64,000 nt of DNA from Cyanobacteria bacterium P01_A01_bin.123 (GTDB lineage: Bacteria; Cyanobacteriota; Cyanobacteriia; Phormidesmidales; Phormidesmidaceae), in the NCBI GenBank assembly GCA_039815185.1, contig JBCBZT010000027.1:43336-107335 (forward strand), written 5' to 3'. Below are positions 59,871 through 64,000 of this stretch, in pieces. The number at the start of each line of letters is the position of its first letter. Position 1 is the first letter of the stretch. A model generated the notes under the pieces. It had not been told where the DNA came from and did not search any database. It worked only from the letters and a program-made list of their open reading frames with translations. The position numbers and the translations under genes are program-made.

Positions 59871-61565
59871 ATGCAAATTACCAATCGAATCCATTTCCGA
59901 AATTTACGCGGTGACATCTTTGGGGGTGTTACCGCGGCCGTTATCGCCTTGCCGATGGCTTTAGCCTTTGGGGTTGCCTCTGGAGCAGGACCAGCCGCTG
60001 GTTTGTGGGGGGCTGTTTTGGTCGGGTTCTTCGCCGCTCTCTTTGGCGGCACACCCACCCTGATTTCTGAGCCAACTGGCCCGATGACCGTGATCATGAC
60101 GGCTGTGATCGCCAACTTGACGGCTGCTGATCCTGAAAACGGGATGGCTATGGCCTTCACCGTAGTGATGATGGCCGGGGTTTTCCAGATTATTTTTGGG
60201 GCTTTGCGGTTAGGCAGATACGTGACAATGATGCCTTATACCGTGATTTCAGGCTTTATGTCTGGAATTGGTATTATTCTTGTCATTCTACAATTAGCGC
60301 CATTTTTGGGTCAGGCAAGTCCTCCAGGGGGGGTCGTCGGTACGCTTCGAGCAATCCCTGACCTATTGAGTAACATTCAACCGGGAGAGACCATGCTGGC
60401 CGCGATCACAGTCGCGATCATTTGGTTGATGCCCTCAAAGTTCAAGCGGATTTTGCCGCCCCAACTGGTGGCTTTGGTGGCCGGTACGGTTTTGGCATTA
60501 ATCCTGTTCCCAGAGCCTGAGAGTATCCGTCGAATTGGTGAGATTACGGCTGGCTTCCCTGCTATGCAGATGCCAACCTTTAGCGCTGACCGACTTCAAC
60601 TGATGTTTGTGGATGCTGCTGTTTTGGGGATGTTGGGCTGCATTGACGCGCTGTTAACCTCGTTGGTGGCAGACAGCTTGACTCGGACGGAGCACAATTC
60701 CAACAAAGAGTTGATTGGACAAGGCCTAGGCAACTTAATGTCCGGATTGTTTGGCGGCATTGCTGGGGCCGGGGCGACGATGGGGACGGTAGTCAATATT
60801 CAAACCGGGGGCAGAACGGCCCTATCAGGTTTGACCCGTGCCGGAGTTTTGCTCGTGGTGATTCTAGGGGCGGCAAACTTAGCAGCAACCATTCCCTTAG
60901 CGGTTCTAGCAGGGATTGCATTCAAGGTCGGGGTTGACATCATTGACTGGGGTTTCCTGAAGCGGGCCCATCACGTTTCAGTCAAGGCTGCCCTGATCAT
61001 GTACGGGGTGATTTTGCTAACGGTCTTGGTCGATCTAATTGCAGCCGTGGGGATTGGCGTCTTTGTCGCTAACGTTCTGACCATTGAACGTATGAGCAAG
61101 TTGCAGTCAGAGTCTGTGCTGACGATTAGCGATGCTGACGATACTGTTTTGCTCAATGCTGAAGAGAGACGCTGGTTGGATGAAGCCAATGGTCGTGTCT
61201 TACTGTTTCAGCTGAGTGGACCGATGATCTTTGGGGTGGCCAAAGCGATCGCCCGTGAACATAATGCCATCGGCGAGTGCGATGCTATTGTCTTTGACCT
61301 TAGCGACGTTCCCCATTTAGGGGTCACGGCCTCTTTAACGCTAGAAAACGCTGTTAAGGAAGCGGTTGAGCAGGGTCGCCAGGTGTTCATGGTTGGGGCG
61401 GCTGGCCAAACTAAGCGTCGCCTTGGCAAATTAGAAGTCTTCAATTTGATTCCACCTGAAAACCTCTATACGGATCGGGCAGAAGCTTTAAGGAGTGCGG
61501 CCTCCACCGTCTATACGTCAGCCCATGGGCAACCCTCTGATTTAGAGACCTCAACCACCATCTAG
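59871..61565 (+). CDS. bicA: Na+-dependent bicarbonate transporter BicA (SulP family, STAS domain)
   Basis: MQITNRIHFRNLRGDIFGG, ISEPTGPMT, NSNKELIGQG, GATMGTVVN, STAS GPMIFG; followed by nhaS3 and mnhC. Confidence 0.92.
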   Translation: MQITNRIHFRNLRGDIFGGVTAAVIALPMALAFGVASGAGPAAGLWGAVLVGFFAALFGGTPTLISEPTGPMTVIMTAVIANLTAADPENGMAMAFTVVMMAGVFQIIFGALRLGRYVTMMPYTVISGFMSGIGIILVILQLAPFLGQASPPGGVVGTLRAIPDLLSNIQPGETMLAAITVAIIWLMPSKFKRILPPQLVALVAGTVLALILFPEPESIRRIGEITAGFPAMQMPTFSADRLQLMFVDAAVLGMLGCIDALLTSLVADSLTRTEHNSNKELIGQGLGNLMSGLFGGIAGAGATMGTVVNIQTGGRTALSGLTRAGVLLVVILGAANLAATIPLAVLAGIAFKVGVDIIDWGFLKRAHHVSVKAALIMYGVILLTVLVDLIAAVGIGVFVANVLTIERMSKLQSESVLTISDADDTVLLNAEERRWLDEANGRVLLFQLSGPMIFGVAKAIAREHNAIGECDAIVFDLSDVPHLGVTASLTLENAVKEAVEQGRQVFMVGAAGQTKRRLGKLEVFNLIPPENLYTDRAEALRSAASTVYTSAHGQPSDLETSTTI

Positions 61566-61586
61566 CCCTAGCGGAGAGAACACATC

Positions 61587-61796
61587 ATGCCGTGGTTACT
61601 ATTGCTCGTCGTTGCACTGCTCTTTACAACCCTAGGTAAAGCTTTGAGACTTGCCGATGAGGTTTATGTGATTGCGATTTTCAGTACTGGAATTTTAAGT
61701 GCCTGCTGGGGCTTTATCACAGCCCCCAGTACGGTTCAACTCGGACTCGGCATGGTGGCCCTAGGTTGGCTGCAAGTCAGTTCTCGCCTAACTTAG
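61587..61796 (+). CDS. Small hydrophobic membrane protein
   Basis: 69-aa ORF with an upstream GGAG and three hydrophobic stretches, in operon orientation. Confidence 0.6.
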   Translation: MPWLLLLVVALLFTTLGKALRLADEVYVIAIFSTGILSACWGFITAPSTVQLGLGMVALGWLQVSSRLT

Positions 61797-61835
61797 ACCC
61801 GATTAAAAAACGCTGTAATATACACGCTGAGAAAG

Positions 61836-63257
61836 TTGGTTATGCTATCAAATTTTGGATTTAGTCTCCCGCCTTTAACTTTCGTAGATGTTTGGCCTTC
61901 AATGCCTTTTGTGTTTGCGACAACCCCAGAAACAGACTATAAACCGTTTGTCCTTGCCGGTGTGTTGCTGACCCTGGTTGTGGTTTACCTCGCTAGCAAA
62001 CTGGGGGGCGAACTCTCCAAACGCTTTGATTTACCGCCAGTGTTGGGCGAATTGGTGGGTGGTGTGGTGGTTGGGATTTCGGCCCTCCACTTTATAGTGT
62101 TTCCCGAAAACGGTTCAATAGCATCCGATTCGATGATCATGACGGTTTTGGGAGGGTTGGGCAATCTAGATGCCGAAGCCTTGACTCACATCTTCCAAAG
62201 TCAGAGTGAGGTGATCTCTGTTTTGGCTGAGTTAGGGGTGATTGTCCTGCTGTTTGAAATTGGCCTGGAATCTGATTTGCGGGAACTGACCAAAGTCGGG
62301 TATCAAGCAGCTGTCGTTGCAGTAGTTGGGGTTGCGGCTCCGTTTATCTTGGGCACGGTTGGCCTAGTGATGCTGTTTAACGTTCCGATCATTCCGGCTA
62401 TTTTTGCTGGCGCTGCCCTAACGGCAACCAGCATTGGCATTACCTCAAAAGTTTTATCAGAGCTGGGACACCTTAAATCTACAGAAGGGCAGATCATTGT
62501 TGGGGCGGCGGTAATCGACGATGTCCTGGGCATTATCGTTTTAGCCGTTGTCGCTAGCCTGGCGAAAACGGGTGAAGTTGATTTGCTAAATGTGGTTTAT
62601 CTGATCATCAGCGCCAGTGCGTTTTTGATTGGAGCAATTTTGCTGGGTAAGTTTTTTAATCAAAGTTTCGTCGCGATCGCAGACAAGTTGCAAACCCGGG
62701 GTGCACTGGTAATTCCGGCAATCACCTTTGCGCTAATCATGGCGTTTTTGGCCAACATTATTCATCTAGAAGCGATTTTGGGGGCATTTGCCGCTGGGTT
62801 AGTGCTGGATGAAACCGATAAACGCAAGGAGCTTGATCAGCAGATCATGCCAATCGCGGATATTTTGGTGCCCATCTTTTTTGTCACCGTCGGTGCCAAA
62901 GCAGACCTGAGCGTTTTGAACCCAGCTATTGCTGCCAATCGAGAGGGATTGATCATTGCCACCTTCTTAATTGCAGTTGCCATTATCGGCAAAGTGGTCA
63001 CCGGCTGGGCCGTGTTTGGGCAGGCGGGCGTAAATCGTTTGGCCATTGGCGTAGGCATGATTCCACGGGGTGAAGTTGGTTTGGTATTCGCAGGCATTGG
63101 GTCGGCCAGTGGCGTGTTGAGTAAGCCCTTAGAGGCGGCCATCATCGTCATGGTGATTCTGACTACATTTTTAGCGCCGCCGCTACTGCAGTTGACGCTG
63201 AAAGGCCAGGAAGCCGTGACGCTCGATGCAGAAGCAACAGTGCCGGTTGTTAAGTGA
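61836..63257 (+). CDS. nhaS3: CPA2 Na+/H+ antiporter (NhaS3-like)
   Basis: PPVLGEL, LFEIGLESDL, TATSIGIT, GAAVIDDVLG, GMIPRGEVGL. Start uncertain. Confidence 0.85.
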   Translation: MVMLSNFGFSLPPLTFVDVWPSMPFVFATTPETDYKPFVLAGVLLTLVVVYLASKLGGELSKRFDLPPVLGELVGGVVVGISALHFIVFPENGSIASDSMIMTVLGGLGNLDAEALTHIFQSQSEVISVLAELGVIVLLFEIGLESDLRELTKVGYQAAVVAVVGVAAPFILGTVGLVMLFNVPIIPAIFAGAALTATSIGITSKVLSELGHLKSTEGQIIVGAAVIDDVLGIIVLAVVASLAKTGEVDLLNVVYLIISASAFLIGAILLGKFFNQSFVAIADKLQTRGALVIPAITFALIMAFLANIIHLEAILGAFAAGLVLDETDKRKELDQQIMPIADILVPIFFVTVGAKADLSVLNPAIAANREGLIIATFLIAVAIIGKVVTGWAVFGQAGVNRLAIGVGMIPRGEVGLVFAGIGSASGVLSKPLEAAIIVMVILTTFLAPPLLQLTLKGQEAVTLDAEATVPVVK

Positions 63258-63294
63258 TGTTTGGTGTGTAGGGGTATGGCAGATTGCTGTCGCA

Positions 63295-63595
63295 GATCCC
63301 CCCAATCCCCCTCAAAAAGGTAAGGCTGATTCTCTGACAAAAGAAAATCCTGGTAGCAGGTTTTTGTAGAGGAGTTCAAAGGTTATCCAAGCCCCCCTAG
63401 CCCCCTAATCCTGGATGGAACAAGACTCAAAGCCCCCAAACTTGGGGTTTGGGGGCCTTAAAACCTTTAACGATTTTGACAGTCGCTTTCTCTCAGAAAT
63501 ATCTTTTTGCTAAAAGATCAACCCTACCGTCAAAAACGGGAGCGCAATGCCCAGAACCTGGTATTCCGCTCTTTAAGGGAGACGAAGGGGGATCG
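63295..63595. repeat. Cluster of C/G-run palindromic dispersed repeats
   Basis: atccccccaatccccctc...gaagggggat enclosing gcccccctagccccc...gcccccaaacttggggtttgggggc. Confidence 0.55.
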
Positions 63596-63646
63596 TTAAC
63601 CAAACAGTATTGCCTCCTCGCTCTTCTCCTTCTCCTCCAATCTGCT

Positions 63647-63988
63647 ATGTCCCTTTTAGAAGCCTGTATCTTTGCAACCGTCCTGTGCGGTTTTTTTGGC
63701 ATCATCTTGAAAAAGAATCTGATGATGAAAATCATCGCCATGGATGTGATGAGCACTGGCGTCATTGGCTATTACGTTTTGGTGGCATCACGGGGCGGTT
63801 TGATGACGCCGATTGCCTCAACGGCTGAAGCAGTTGATTATGCTGATCCGGTACCCCAAGCGGTGATTTTGACGGCGATTGTGATTGGCTTTTCAATCCA
63901 GGCCTTGATGCTGGTGGGCGTGATGAAGCTATCTCGCGATAATCCCACCCTGGAGACCCGCGAGATCGAGAAGAGCAATACGCCATGA
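63647..63988 (+). CDS. mnhC: Multisubunit Na+/H+ antiporter subunit C
   Basis: KKNLMMKIIAMDVM, ADPVPQAVILTAIVIG; start MSLLEAC. Confidence 0.9.
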   Translation: MSLLEACIFATVLCGFFGIILKKNLMMKIIAMDVMSTGVIGYYVLVASRGGLMTPIASTAEAVDYADPVPQAVILTAIVIGFSIQALMLVGVMKLSRDNPTLETREIEKSNTP

Positions 63989-64000
63989 GTTTGATTACCC
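63985..64000 (+). CDS. Start of the next operon gene (probably mnhD), truncated by the window edge
   Basis: ATG overlaps the mnhC stop (ATGA). Identity inferred from usual gene order only. Confidence 0.45.

Noticed and set aside
63449..63646. Long N-terminus of MnhC in the ORF track
   Set aside because: Runs through intergenic repeats; the family-like sequence starts at 63647. Similar over-extensions apply to the ACP, HpyO-like and CheR ORFs.
365..63986. Numerous short antisense or alternate-frame ORFs inside long genes
   Set aside because: Shadow ORFs of well-supported genes with no motifs of their own.

Overview
Cyanobacterial chromosomal window (frequent HIP1 GCGATCGC, PatA-type regulator, bicA-nhaS3-mnh, PEP-CTERM genes). 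Left to right: (1) the 3' part of a WD40 repeat gene. (2) A tightly packed 13.4-kb minus-strand operon coupling a fatty-acid tailoring line (FAAL-desaturase fusion, ACP, docking-domain thioester reductase, second SDR reductase, pyruvyltransferase-like protein, acyl-CoA ligase, Rieske oxygenase) to a ProcM-type class II lanthipeptide synthetase, with no precursor peptide visible. (3) An accessory island starting at a tRNA-Phe 3' fragment, with a degenerate GGDEF gene, a BrnT/BrnA toxin-antitoxin pair and AT-rich integron-like cassettes (attC sites; two TIR proteins) but no integrase. (4) A nitrogen-salvage cluster (glutaminase, M20 amidohydrolase, HpyO-like flavoprotein, cyanuric acid hydrolase). 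(5) ppx, a further solo cassette, pseudogenes and a dead IS4-family element inside a palindromic repeat. (6) PEP-CTERM genes, Ser/Thr kinase, GH15-like protein, a type IA topoisomerase, a chemosensory cluster with a triple-Hpt CheA, a two-component pair and the start of the bicA-nhaS3-mnh operon. Best novelty candidates: the lipid/LanM hybrid operon and the dispersed integrase-less cassettes that all insert at TAATA|GTT. All calls come from reading motifs by eye; no searches were run.
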